A stretch of 64,000 bases of DNA from Eledone cirrhosa (GCA_964016885.1 OZ024745.1:125984001-126048000); one strand, 5' to 3'; shown: positions 27,491-40,999, numbered from the stretch's first letter. Notes: generated by a model not told the origin, from the letters alone. Program-made: numbers and translations.

Positions 27491-28658
27491 TGAGGGGGCT
27501 TCAAAGGGTTCGTGAAAAAAGGACAGTTGGAAAAAACGGTTTAAGTTATGATGTTTATTGTTCTACTTATACCCCATCTACGTCAATACACTTCTGCAAG
27601 CATTGATACCAGTCCTTAAGCTCATCTGTGTCAAACTGGGGGCCATGTGATTTAAAGTAAGTCAAAGCAGCTTATTTTTTTACATCTTCAACTGAGGATC
27701 ATCTTCAAGCTCATCTCTTCCACTTCTAACACGACTTATCCATTTCTAGGTTGTCTATTTCTTTGGGGAACTGTCCCCATAAACTTGCTCCAGCGCGTCA
27801 ATGATTTGGCTGCTCTGCCACCCTAGCTTCACCATGAATTTGATGTTTTGATGGAGGCCATGTTGCTCAATCAGGTGCTGGCTTCCGGCTGGTGGCACCA
27901 CATTGCAACATGTTATAACACGTTAGTACAACATGTTATAACACGTTAGTACAACATGTTATAACACGTTAGTACAACATGTTATAACACGTTAGTACAA
28001 CATATTATAACATGTTAGTACAACATGTTATAACACGTTAGTACAACATGTTATAACGCGTTAGTACAACATGTTATAACACGTTAGTACAACATGTTAT
28101 AACATGTTAGTACAACATATTATAACATGTTAGTACAACATGTTATAACACGTTAGTACAACATGTTATAACACGTTAGTACAACATGTTATAACACGTT
28201 AGTACAACATGTTATAACACGTTAGTACAACATATTATAACACGTTAGTACAACGTTATAACACATTAGTACAACATGTTATAACACGTTAGTACAACAT
28301 GTTATAACACGTTAGTACAACATGTTATAACACGTTAGTACAACATGTTATAACACGTTAGTACAACATGTTATAACACGTTAGTACAACATGTTATAAC
28401 ACGTTAGTACAACATGTTATAACACGTTAGTACAACATGTTATAACACGTTAGTACAACATGTTATAACACGTTAGTACAACATGTTATAACACGTTAGT
28501 ACAACATGTTATAACACGTTAGTACAACATGTTATAACACGTTAGTACAACATGTTATAACACGTTAGTACAAGAACGTACAGCTGCATTGAGATCAAAA
28601 TCCTTTCATAAGATTTTTAGCTATGTACTTTTTCCATGAATTATTTGAAGCACCCTTG
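27491..28658 (-). mobile_element. Internally deleted irritans-subfamily (Hsmar2-like) mariner
   Basis: TA-flanked TIRs tgagggggcttcaaagggttcgtgaaaa / ttttccatgaattatttgaagcacccttg. Minus strand encodes NIKFMVKLGWQSSQIIDALEQVYGDSSPKK...WISRVRSGRDELEDD fused to C-terminal LKDWYQCLQKCIDVDG. Confidence 0.85.
27906..28573. repeat. 23-bp minisatellite (caacatgttataacacgttagta), about 29 units
   Basis: Highly homogeneous head-to-tail units without spacers; the unit core is near-palindromic. Confidence 0.97.
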
Positions 28659-28750
28659 TACATACACACACAGACACACTCACACACACACACCACATTC
28701 AAACATTACTTGGGTGAGCACTCAATACACATGGACAGAATTCTACATAT

Positions 28751-28782
<32 letters not shown>

Positions 28783-28819
28783 ATAAATACACAAAACTGG
28801 ACTTCGTCGGAAGCGACAA

Positions 28820-29112
28820 AAAGTGTTTTAGTTGGTTCGATAAAGGGAACCGCCTGCTCGTGAAATTACGTGCAAGCTACTGAGCATTCCACAGACACGA
28901 ATACCTTTAATATAGTTCTCTGGGAGATTCGAGTGGCAGAATGTCACAAGGTTGGCCCCTTGTGTTACTGGTACAACTTATTTTTGTCTGCTGAGTGGAC
29001 TGGAGCAATTTAAAATAAATTGTCTTAATGAAGAACTCAACATTCTGTCAGGAATTGAAATCACAATCTTAGGATCGAGAGCTTAACGCACTAAACAATA
29101 CGTCATGCGCCT
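28820..29112 (-). mobile_element. Older tRNA SINE, second family
   Basis: Homologous to 9450-9742. Confidence 0.7.
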
Positions 29113-29122
29113 TCACACGCAT

Positions 29123-29156
<34 letters not shown>

Positions 29157-30742
29157 CGTTTAAACATTACTTGGGCGAGCATTCGACACATGTGAACAGA
29201 GTCCACACATACATCTATAGATACATACATACCATATGACCACACATACATATATAGACACACATAGTTCACACATAGATATATAGATACATACATAGTA
29301 TATGACCGTATGTATATGGCCCTTTAACTCCAGATAGTGGAGTCCATTCCTCTCTAGATCTTAACACAGCCGATTTCTTCCAGAGTGGGTGAGTGAGTAG
29401 TAGATAGGAAGTGAGAAAGGGTATAGTGTTTGGATTGATCCGAGTACTGGATTGGTACATGCTTATATACATTTTGAAATTTGACTTCGGCAGGATTTAA
29501 ACTCAGAGGGAGAAAGACGGAACGAATATCGCAAAGCATTCTATCCAACGTTCTAACGACTCACTGCCTATATGATATCTTAAACTGTCAGATATATTTA
29601 CATTCAAATATAAATGTTTACATGGACTTATGAAGTGTTTCCATATTAAAAATTGATTCAAAAACTCGACAAAAGTGAATAAAATTAAAATATTTTTCAA
29701 CATGCAACCCAACCAAGAATTTAATGGACATACCATCCAGGAAAGAATGGGAGGAGAACAGTTAGAAATAAGTTGATGAGCAATCATCTATGCCAACACC
29801 CACTATAAAAGAATTAAGATCTTATTCTTTATCATAACAAATGCATTCATTCTTGTTCATAAAAAAAATGAATGATAACGCATTTTTGTTAGTTGAATAA
29901 TATCACATTTTTTAAAAGAAAATACACCAAAACTTAGTAAAGAAATTTTAAATGAAATATAAATATCACAAGGAAAATATATTTCAAGAGAGAACAAAAA
30001 GTATGTACAACCGTAGAATTTACAATTAATGTACAACAAGTAGATGTCTTTTCTTTTTTTTTTTTTCCTTCTTGGTGAATGCCTGTTTGAAAGTTAGAAA
30101 ATAATGTTTCCGAACAATGTGTCTTTGGTCCTTCGGCGATGGATGCAGATATGACAGTTTCGTTAAGAAATTTGTGTTTCAATCACGTAGTCCTGAATTT
30201 CATTGCACTGTGTGGCATCACAAGCACATCAGATAGATTTCTTTATTTGCCACAAGGGAACACAAGAAATGGGATATTACAGAACGTAAGGTGGGGGATT
30301 TACATTTAAACATGGAAACAGTGTTAACAATTATTAAATAAACTAGCAAAAAACCACCGTTCGGGTGGTTCTCTGCTAGCTTGTGTAGTGCGTATATTGA
30401 TTTTATACGCAAGTATATATGCATGTAGATATGATCAAATAAAATCGTAATTGACAATATACACATAAATTGAACGAAGACTGCGTTACACTGTCTTATG
30501 TATTCAGTAACGTAATCCATGATACATTAAAAAAGACGATATTATATATAGACTGCATTAGAAGAAAATTAGTGACAGAAATATATGAATATTTATTTAA
30601 ACGATCACTAACCGGAAGTGTTGATATTTGAAAATTTTAAAGAAGTGACTCTTTAAATAAGTAATAAAATATATTTAATCAACAGCCACGAAAATTAGTA
30701 GATAAATTATGTAATATTCATTCATTATTTATTCAAAGTAAT

Positions 30743-30932
30743 GAGGGCGGTGGATTGGCAGTATCGGTAGAGGGTCGGACGCCATGCTTTCCAGCATAGT
30801 TGCGTCCCTTTACGATCTGAGTTCAAATCCCGCCGAGGTTGACTTTGCCTTTCATCCTTACGGGGTCGATAAAATAAAGTACCAGTAATGCACTGGGTAA
30901 TTGCTGGCCTTGTGCCTAAAGTAGAAACAATT
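30743..30932 (+). mobile_element. Full-length young Meta-like SINE
   Basis: A box tggcagtatcgg, B box gagttcaaatcc, TSD ttatttattcaaagtaat. Confidence 0.92.
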
Positions 30933-31059
30933 ATTTATTCAAAGTAATCCAACTTATTTTACTAAGGGGATAAACAAATTATATACCGTACGCAGTCCTG
31001 CGCTTCTTACTTTATTATAGTTTAGATAATAAACAATCGAAATCCTGAACAGGGGATGC

Positions 31060-31285
31060 AGCGTTACAACTGAGTTGTTTTACATCCCGTAGATAGAACA
31101 ACCCTCAATACCAGGAGTATGTTTTGCAAGAGATCCTGTCTTCTCTCTCTTGTCTTCCTCAACCTAGAGGTTTATGTACAGAATACGCCCATTCAGTCGG
31201 GCTATTTTCGTAACATTCACCCATCTTTCAGAAAATTTACTGAGGTGCAAGACCTCTCTCTCCACGCTCACCATTCTTCTGACAG
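31060..31285 (-). mobile_element. Probable L1/Tx1-type LINE 3' end fragment
   Basis: Minus-strand RRMVSVEREVLHLSKFSERWVNVTKIARLNG resembles the E.......F..RW C-terminus of Tx1-like ORF2 (recalled similarity only). Confidence 0.4.
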
Positions 31286-31441
31286 GCACATCAGATAGAA
31301 AGCTCTTAGCAATAGAAATTTGGGAGATGGACCTCACGAATGCTGTCATGTGTGGAGGTTTGTATGTATAAACATACACACACAGACACACAGAAACACA
31401 CACACACACACACGCACACGCACACACGCACACACACACAC

Positions 31442-31477
<36 letters not shown>

Positions 31478-31608
31478 TTTTATGAAGATACCGTTCTCAT
31501 AACAACAACAAATGCATAAATTACATCTTCGATTGCATAAGAGAACCGTTGAAATAATCATTATGTATAAACGATTTATTTAACATCACCATCTTTCTTA
31601 ATGTTATT

Positions 31609-31642
<34 letters not shown>

Positions 31643-31646
31643 CATG

Positions 31647-31694
<48 letters not shown>

Positions 31695-33187
31695 CATGCA
31701 CGCATATATATGTATGTGTTGTAAAATTGATGTCAAACAAAAATTCAGTCGTGATAATTGCTTCCGAATAAGCTATGCCCTTTTAATACCTGTCGACTTC
31801 ACTGTTCATCCCACTGAGCGATACCTTGGGAAACTTGGGAAAGTGTATTCTACCATAGCAATAAGTGATGCCAATTTTTTTTAGTTAAATTAGGTTATAT
31901 GGAAACTGTCGGGTTTCGTCAGATTGTAGTTATTCTTGACTCATTTATTTTATCTTAATCCACAAGCGGTCGTACATAATTATTGTTCTCTCTTAAAATA
32001 TATCTTCCTTGTGATATTTATATTTCATTTAAAATTACTTTACTAAGTTTTGGAGTATTTTCTGTTCTTAAATGTGATATTATTCAACTAACAAAATTAT
32101 GTTATCATTCATTTTTTTTTATAAACAAGATTGAATGCATTTGTTATGATAAAGAATAAGCTTTTTACCATAACATTGTTCTGGTTTGTCTTTAGTGGTG
32201 TCCCTACTGATGCACACACACAGATTCAAACCAAACATCCGCTATAAGGATAATTCCAAACCAACAGCTGTGATTTTTCTCTTTCTATTCAACACTTATT
32301 TTCAGTATTATATGTAAATGGAATACCCTACAACATTTATGGACGTCTACTTTTGATTGAATAATTTAATAACCCAACCACAACGAAATATGATGTTTTG
32401 GTTCAGGAAAATATTAAAGATTTCTAACATCGATGTGTTCGTTTCTGCTGAATAGATAATAAACATTGGTAGGATGGAAAATTACTTTGACTAGTGAGAG
32501 TGAAAGAAGTTTTATCTATTTAAACAAGGCCAAAGAAAACACATTTTAGAGGACGAAACTGAGCCCAACATTTGATAAAAACCATATTTTGTCGATGCCT
32601 TCACTCCTCCTGAAACAATAAAATATAGTACTTGCGAAGCAATGGAGTTGGTTTATCGATTGGTCCCCTCTCTGAATAGGAAAATGTTTGAACTTGTGAC
32701 TAAATTCTTGTAAAAAGGCTTCCTCGTAGGCCGCCAAAATCTTTCTATTGTGCTTTAGTCTCAGATTCATGTTGATTGAGTAGTCTTATAATCAAAGGTT
32801 TTCCAGTTGTGACCGTCTTGTTTTGTTTATGTCAGTGATTACTTTCTATATCCGTTCTTAATGTAAAACAAGCCGAAATATTTCAAAGAATTTAGTCACT
32901 CTTTCTATTAGATGGAGAAAAGTTCTTCATTAGCGACACTTGTCGAATCTTCAAGTGGAAATTTCTATCTCTAAAACCTCAATTCATTCGGTTATATAAC
33001 GAAATATCTAAAAGCAACCTTTTAAAAACAGATTTCATTTCATTAAGAAAGAACAGGAAACACTTACTCTATACAAATTAACTTTCAAAACTTCGGTATT
33101 GGAATCAATGCTCCTGCTGTCTATATATATACAAAATTCTTTTAACTCAGCGGTCACTTGTACTTTATAAGCGAATTAGTATAAATT

Positions 33188-33378
33188 ATAATTGTTTCTA
33201 TTTTAGGCACAAGGCCAGCAATTACCCAGTACATTACTGGTACTTTATTTTATCGATCCCGTAAGGATGAAAGGCAAAGATAACCTCGGCGGGATTTGAA
33301 CTTAGATCATAAAGGGGCGTAACTCTATGCTTCAAAGCATGGTGTCCGACACTCTACCGATACTGCCAATCCACCGCC
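33188..33378 (-). mobile_element. Meta-like SINE
   Basis: Consensus match; TSD attagtataaatt. Confidence 0.9.
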
Positions 33379-33399
33379 ATTAGTATAAATTTTAATGAC

Positions 33400-33591
<192 letters not shown>

Positions 33592-34177
33592 ATAAATACA
33601 TATATATATATAAATATATTAAGAAAATAAGAAACAGTAAAAGAAATGCTAATATATATATACACGCCGACAGGAAGAGAGGTAGACATTTTAAAATATA
33701 ACTAGAGTTATTCATTAGCCCCACATACTCAGAATCATTAAGTCATAATCAGCAAACTCTGACCAGATAACATGTTCTGTATGTATGTGTGTTTCTGTTT
33801 GTGCGTGTGTATGTAGATGTGTGTATGAAGGCGCATACATGTGTATGTGTGTGTGTTTGCGCGCGTGTGTGTATGTGTGTGTGTGTGCGCGCGTGTGTGT
33901 GTGTCGGTGTGATATTAATTAATTAAAACTATTATATATATATATATATATATGTATGTTTATTTTTGTGCTACAGAAACATAGAAAAACACAATATAAC
34001 CTTGTGTTAAAAGATTTTTTAAATCTAGGATCATATGTACATACATACATACATACATACACACTTACACACATACATACACACACACACAAATTCATAC
34101 ATACATACATACATTCATACATACATACATACATACATACATACATACATACATACATACATACATACATACATACA

Positions 34178-34345
34178 TGATGGCAGCAAACTCTACTAAG
34201 AGTATTGCAATCGTTTGTCAGATTAGAGAGTTCGGTGCACACGAACCTATAACAGATCCTGAACAAGCAATGCTTGTGCTTTGAAGGGTTTTAAGTGGGG
34301 AAAGGGCCTTGAACTCGACCAATCCCACTCTCTGAGCATCGAAAA
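34178..34345 (-). mobile_element. RTE-derived element 3' fragment with (GTAT)n tail
   Basis: (cata)n-tgatggcagc...ccaatcccactctctgagc shared with 63218-63535. Confidence 0.55.
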
Positions 34346-34527
34346 CAGCACGGACACTCTATCTCAAAATTATTTTTGAAAAGCATTTAGAAATGCGCAA
34401 CCGGTAAGAACTTAAAAACTTAAAACCACAACTGAATACTAACCCATACAATCACTAATACTCTTTTATTCCTAATTAAACCATTTTTCAACTGTGAACA
34501 ATTTGTCAGCATTTTCTATTCCGTTTA

Positions 34528-34597
<70 letters not shown>

Positions 34598-35430
34598 CTG
34601 TATCATGCCTTCCTCTATTGGCACTTAAACAAATCCCCCTCCTGTGTAAATTAATAGTACTCGTTTGGTATAACGATGGGCTAACGACAATGGCTGACTT
34701 CCCACTAGCACCCCCGAAGCCTAGAACAATTACATTCCTCGAGTGCTCGGAAAAATTGATTTCCATATCTTTCGTTAGACGATTTCACTCGGAACGGATG
34801 ACACGTCGTTAGGATGGGCTGGCCGGAGTCTGCAGTCGTCGCATGCTGTTTGACTGCTAAACAAAGACTTCCTGAAAACTTATCGAGGATCTCTATAATA
34901 CACTTAAAGTATTTTCATAAAAGACTCTCTCTGTAAATTCTTTAACTAAATCTCCCAATCCAAACCTTAATTTTATTAAACTGTTTAATTTTTAATTTTC
35001 TAATTTTAATCTTTAATTTAATTTTCATCCTATAAATCTAAACAAAAATTTAACGTTCCAATTTTCTGTTCACACATTATACCATGCAGATGCCCACTAT
35101 ATATACGTCTGTAATAATATACACCTCTGTTAAGATATAGGTTCTTTAGAATAACATTTTTCTCGGCAATTCCTAGCCTGACTGTAGCGTGACATTAACG
35201 CTGACTTTCCTTCTTTCTTTCTGTCTTTTTTTCTTTTCTTCTCTTTGACCGGGTGGTTAGTAGCACATTATAAGCTTTCGCCCTCTCACCAGATAGACTT
35301 AAGTAGACCGAATAGCCAGCACTTGAGGGCGACCGGCAAAAGTGGAAGATACTAGATGGTCGGTCGTCCTCGGGTCTATGATTTTCAGTCCCATGGATTT
35401 TATCTGCTACATTCATTTATTATATTTCGA

Positions 35431-35488
35431 ATACCTGATGATATCACCGGATTCATACGGAACCCGGTCATTGAAATGATCATAGTAT
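35431..35488 (+). ncRNA. Minimal type I hammerhead ribozyme (Penelope-like pLTR)
   Basis: ATAC-CTGATGA-(accgg.ttc...gaa.ccggt)-GAAA-TGATCA-TA|GTAT; palindromic stem III ATGATCAT; aataaa immediately downstream. Confidence 0.75.
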
Positions 35489-36689
35489 AATAAACCTTTC
35501 AAGGGTTTACACAAGTCCAGGTTCCTGTTATTTTATTATATATATATAACAACAACCACCCATAGTTTGTGGTCCCTATGGTGGATGGTCCACCGGATCC
35601 TCTACTGGTTAGGAGTCATCAAAACCACATTTTATTGAACCTGATTTTATATATATATATATGTAATGTGTATATATATGTATATTTTATATGTGTATAT
35701 ATGTGTATTTTATATATATGTATGTATATATATATGTATATATTTTATATATATATATATGTATATGTATGTGTATTTTATATATATATATGTATGTATG
35801 TTTTATGTGTGTATATATTTTATATATGTATATATTTTATGTATATATATATATCTTATATATATATATTTTATATATATGTATGTTCTGTGTATATATA
35901 TATACTTGTGCGTACATACATACATGCATATATATATATATACACACCTGTATGGATTTGTGTGTGTAGATGTGTGAGTGTCTGAGGAGGTAGGTGTGAG
36001 TGTATGTACAAGTCAACCAGCATAAACCTTTTATTTCTAAATTTTCTAAACTATCTAAGTATTGGACTCTAACCAATATTTTAAGTATTACCACCCCACA
36101 CTTTGTATGTGTGGATGTATGTGTGTGTCTGTGGAGGTGTGTGTGTGTGTCTGTGGAGGTGTGTGTGTGTCTGTGGATGTGGCTGTGAGTGTAGTGCAAG
36201 CCAACCTACATAAGTCTTTTTATTTGTAAATTTTCTACTCTAACCATAAATTTCAGTAGCACCACCCCACATAAACTCCTCAATTTAAGAATGACCTGTA
36301 GTATCTATTTCATACTATTAACCTTAATTGAATATATATCTGACCAGGAATGCGTTTTGTGAAAATCAGTCATATGGAACTATTGTCATCTTGCCTGACG
36401 GTTTGAACTTTACAACACCACCTGCCTCTTTGAGGTCAAATACCAACCCTACTAGCATCTACCAACTGACCAATGAGAATCAAGACTATTCCTGCTGACA
36501 ACATTAAATTATTCCTAACAAGCTCATATGTCCCAAGGCTCTGATGCCATCAACACTATAAACACAGAGCTGGCATATCTAAGAACTGACTAACTGCCTG
36601 ATGGGGTCATAGCCATTCAATGGCTATCATCGAAATATATATAGCAGTAAATAAAGGATTATGAGTTCATGCAATTGACTTATGTTTCG

Positions 36690-36751
<62 letters not shown>

Positions 36752-36859
36752 GGTGTTAGTGGTGATGGTGGAAGTGGTGGTGTGGGGGGGGGGGGTTGTG
36801 TGGGGGGGGAGGGGGGGGGGGGGGTGTTAGTCGTCGTGGTACAGGTGGTAGTTGTGATA

Positions 36860-39800
36860 TTGGTGGGGATGGTACTGGCTGTGGTAGTCTTGGTGCTGGT
36901 GGGGCTGGTGGTAGTGGTGGTGCTGGTGACACTGGCAGTGGTAGTGGTAGTGGTGGTGCTGGTGGTACTGGCAGTGGTAGTGGTGGTGCTGGTGGTACTG
37001 GCAGTGGTAGTGGTGGTGCTGGTGGTACTGGCAGTGGTAGTGGTGGTGCTGGTGGTGCTGGCAGTGGTAGTGGTGGTGCTGGTGGTACTGGCAGTGGCAG
37101 TGGTGGTGCTGGTGGTACTGGCAGTGGCAGTGGTGGTGCTGGTGGTACTGGCAGTGGTAGTGGTGGTGCTGGTGGTACTGGCAGTGGTAGTGGTGGGTGC
37201 TGGTGGTACTGGCAGTGGTAGTGGTGGTGCTGGTGGTACTGGCAGTGGTAGTGGTGGTGCTGGGTGGTACTGGCAGTGGCAGTGGTGGTGCTGGTGGTAC
37301 TGGCAGTGGCAGTGGTGGTGCTGGTGGTACTGGCAGTGGTAGTGGTGGTGCTGGTGGTACTGGCAGTGGTAGTGGTGGTGCTGGTGGTACTGGCAGTGGT
37401 AGTGGTGGTGCTGGTGGTACTGGCAGTGGTAGTGGTGGTGCTGGTGGTACTGGCAGTGGTAGTGGTGGTGCTGGTGGTACTGGCAGTGGTAGTGGTGGTG
37501 CTGGTGGTGCTGGCAGTGGTAGTGGTGGTGCTGGTGGTACTGGCAGTGGTAGTGGTGGTGCTGGTGGTACTGGCAGTGGTAGTGGTGGTGCTGGTGGTAC
37601 TGGCAGTGGTAGTGGTGGTGCTGGTGGTACTGGCAGTGGTAGTGGTGGTGCTGGTGGTGCTGGCAGTGGTAGTGGTGGTGCTGGTGGTACTGGCAGTGGC
37701 AGTGGTGGTGCTGGTGGTACTGGCAGTGGTAGTGGTGGTGCTGGTGGTACTGGCAGTGGTAGTGGTGGTGCTGGTGGTACTGGCAGTGGTAGTGGTGGTG
37801 CTGGTGGTGCTGGCAGTGGTAGTGGTGGTGCTGGTGGTACTGGCAGTGGTAGTGGTGGTGCTGGTGGTACTGGCAGTGGTAGTGGTGGTGCTGGTGGTAC
37901 TGGCAGTGGCAGTGGTGGTGCTGGTGGTACTGGCAGTGGCAGTGGTGGTGCTGGTGGTACTGGCAGTGGTAGTGGTGGTGCTGGTGGTACTGGCAGTGGT
38001 AGTGGTGGTGCTGGTGGTACTGGCAGTGGTAGTGGTGGTGCTGGTGGTACTGGCAGTGGTAGTGGTGGTGCTGGTGGTACTGGCAGTGGTAGTGGTGGTG
38101 CTGGTGGTACTGGCAGTGGTAGTGGTGGTGCTGGTGGTGCTGGCAGTGGTAGTGGTGGTGCTGGTGGTACTGGCAGTGGTAGTGGTGGTGCTGGTGGTAC
38201 TGGCAGTGGTAGTGGTGGTGCTGGTGGTACTGGCAGTGGTAGTGGTGGTGCTGGTGGTACTGGCAGTGGTAGTGGTGGTGCTGGTGGTGCTGGCAGTGGT
38301 AGTGGTGGTGCTGGTGGTACTGGCAGTGGTAGTGGTGGTGCTGGTGGTACTGGCAGTGGTAGTGGTGGTGCTGGTGGTACTGGCAGTGGTAGTGGTGGTG
38401 CTGGTGGTACTGGCAGTGGTAGTGGTGGTGCTGGTGGTGCTGGCAGTGGTAGTGGTGGTGCTGGTGGTACTGGCAGTGGTAGTGGTGGTGCTGGTGGTGC
38501 TGGCAGTGGTAGTGGTGGTGCTGGTGGTACTGGCAGTGGCAGTGGTGGTGCTGGTGGTGCTGGCAGTGGTAGTGGTGGTGCTGGTGGTACTGGCAGTGGC
38601 AGTGGTGGTGCTGGTGGTACTGGCAGTGGTAGTGGTGGTGCTGGTGGTACTGGCAGTGGTAGTGGTGGTGCTGGTGGTGCTGGCAGTGGTAGTGGTGGTG
38701 CTGGTGGTACTGGCAGTGGTAGTGGTGGTGCTGGTGGTACTGGCAGTGGTAGTGGTGGTGCTGGTGGTACTGGCAGTGGTAGTGGTGGTGCTGGTGGTAC
38801 TGGCAGTGGTAGTGGTGGTGCTGGTGGTACTGGCAGTGGTAGTGGTGGTGCTGGTGGTACTGGCAGTGGTAGTGGTGGTGCTGGTGGTACTGGCAGTGGT
38901 AGTGGTGGTGTTGGTGGTACTGGCAGTGGTAGTGGTGGTGCTGGTGACACTGGCAGTGGTAGTGGTGGTGTTGGTGGTACTGGCAGTGGTAGTGGTGGTG
39001 CTGGTGACACTGGCAGTGGTAGTGGTGGTGGTACTGGTGACACTGGCAGTGGTAGTGGTGGTGTTGGTGGTACTGGCAGTGGTAGTGGTGGTGCTGGTGG
39101 TACTGGCAGTGGTAGTGGTGGTGCTGGTGACACTGGCAGTGGTAGTGGTGGTGCTGGTGGTGCTGGCAGTGGTAGTGGTGGTGTTGGTGGTACTGGCAGT
39201 GGTAGTGGTGGTGCTGGTGACACTGGCAGTGGTAGTGGTGGTGCTGGTGGTACTGGCAGTGGTAGTGGTGGTGTTGGTGGTACTGGCAGTGGTAGTGGTG
39301 GTGCTGGTGGTACTGGCAGTGGTAGTGGTGGTGCTGGTGGTACTGGCAGTGGTAGTGGTGGTGCTGGTGGTACTGGCAGTGGTAGTGGTGGTGCTGGTGG
39401 TACTGGCAGTGGTAGTGGTGGTGCTGGTGACACTGGCAGTGGTAGTGGTGGTGCTGGTGGTGCTGGCAGTGGTAGTGGTGGTGTTGGTGGTACTGGCAGT
39501 GGTAGTGGTGGTGCTGGTGACACTGGCAGTGGTAGTGGTGGTGTTGGTGGTACTGGCAGTGGTAGTGGTGGTGCTGGTGGTGCTGGCAGTGGTAGTGGTG
39601 GTGCTGGTAGTGGTAGTGGTGGTGCTGGTGGTGCTGGCAGTGGTAGTGGTGGTGCTGGTGGTGCTGGTAGTGGTAGTGGTGGTGCTGGTGGTGCTGGTAG
39701 TGGTAGTGGTGGTGCTGGTGGTGCTGGCAGTGGTAGTGGTGGTGCTGGTGGTGCTGGTAGTGGTAGTGGTGGTGCTGGTGGTACTGGTAGTGGTAGTGGT

Positions 39801-40246
39801 GGTGCTGGTGGTACTGGTAGTGGTGGTGGTGGTGCTGGTGGTACTGGTAGTGGTGGTGGTGGTACTGGTGGTACTGGCAGTGGTAGTGGTGGTGTTGGTG
39901 GTACTGGCAGTGGTAGTGGTGGTGTTGGTGGTACTGGCAGTGGTAGTGGTGGTGCTGGTGGTGCTGGCAGTGGTAGTGGTGGTGCTGGTGGTACTGGTAG
40001 TGGTAGTGGTGGTGCTGGTGGTACTGGTAGTGGTAGTGGTGGTGCTGGTGGTACTGGCAGTGGTAGTGGTGGTGCTGGTGGTACTGGCAGTGGTAGTGGT
40101 GGTGCTGGTGGTACTGGCAGTGGTAGTGGTGGTGCTGGTGGTGCTGGCAGTGGTAGTGGTGGTGCTGGTTGTGCTAGTGCTGGTGGTGGTAGTGGTGGTA
40201 GTGCTAGTGGTGGTAGTGGTTGTAGTGGTGGTAGTGGTGGTGGTGT
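36860..40246. repeat. 30-bp GC-rich minisatellite (ggtgctggtggtactggcagtggtagtggt), about 110 units
   Basis: Direct reading; degenerate (GGT/AGT)n edges; 1-bp insertions near 37196 and 37262. Confidence 0.97.
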
Positions 40247-40408
40247 AGAAGACTGTCTGAAAATGTGTTCAATATATTGGTAATTATGGAAATCGATAGG
40301 AGGAAATTAGTTTTAATTTTTAAGGAAATTTCTGATTAATTAGCAACGGAAATAATTATTGTAAAATTGCAATCGATGAGTATATTTTCTACTTCTTCCG
40401 AATCCTGC

Positions 40409-40444
<36 letters not shown>

Positions 40445-40556
40445 CAATCATCATCATCATCATCATCGTCGTCGTCGTCGTCGTCGTTGTCATCACCATC
40501 ATCATCATCATTATCTGTTTCTCCTTTTTATCTCCTTTTTCTCTTTATTGTACTAT

Positions 40557-40590
<34 letters not shown>

Positions 40591-40666
40591 GTTGCGGCTG
40601 TTACTACTACTACTGCCACTACTACAATCGCGGGCACCACCACTACCACTACTACTAATACTGCAG

Positions 40667-40719
<53 letters not shown>

Positions 40720-40778
40720 GCAGCTTCCACCACTATGACAATGATTATGAAATAAATTGTAGTAGTAGTAGTAGTAGC

Positions 40779-40818
<40 letters not shown>

Positions 40819-40823
40819 GTAGT
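40409..40823. repeat. Compound trinucleotide repeats (TCA)n/(TCG)n/(TAC)n/(TAG)n
   Basis: Direct reading. Confidence 0.9.
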
Positions 40824-40936
40824 ATGGATTCCGTTTAAAGTTCATGTGTTTATCCGTCTGTCATTTTTTCGCTTCTTATTGTCAAAATAACCTTGACTCA
40901 AGGAGTTTAGTGCTTTTATATATATATATATATATG

Positions 40937-40999
<63 letters not shown>

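Larger units (their letters stand above)
29821..32160. repeat. ~178-bp inverted repeat pair (29821-29997 / 31983-32160)
   Basis: cttattctttatcataacaaatgcattca...agagagaacaa and its reverse complement about 2 kb away. Confidence 0.85.

Noticed and set aside
27906-28573. CRISPR-like array
   Set aside because: 23-bp units are contiguous with no spacers, there are no cas genes, and the context is eukaryotic.
30743-30835. SINE heads as tRNA genes
   Set aside because: They have A and B boxes but no cloverleaf, and continue into a SINE body with TSDs.
31169-31358. Possible plus-strand exon after a polypyrimidine tract
   Set aside because: Better explained as the antisense of a LINE 3' end.
36782-40283. 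898-1028 aa Gly-, Val- and Pro-rich ORFs as CDS
   Set aside because: Several frames are open only because the 30-bp unit lacks stops; no real ATG, signal peptide or unique domain. Kept only as a hypothesis.
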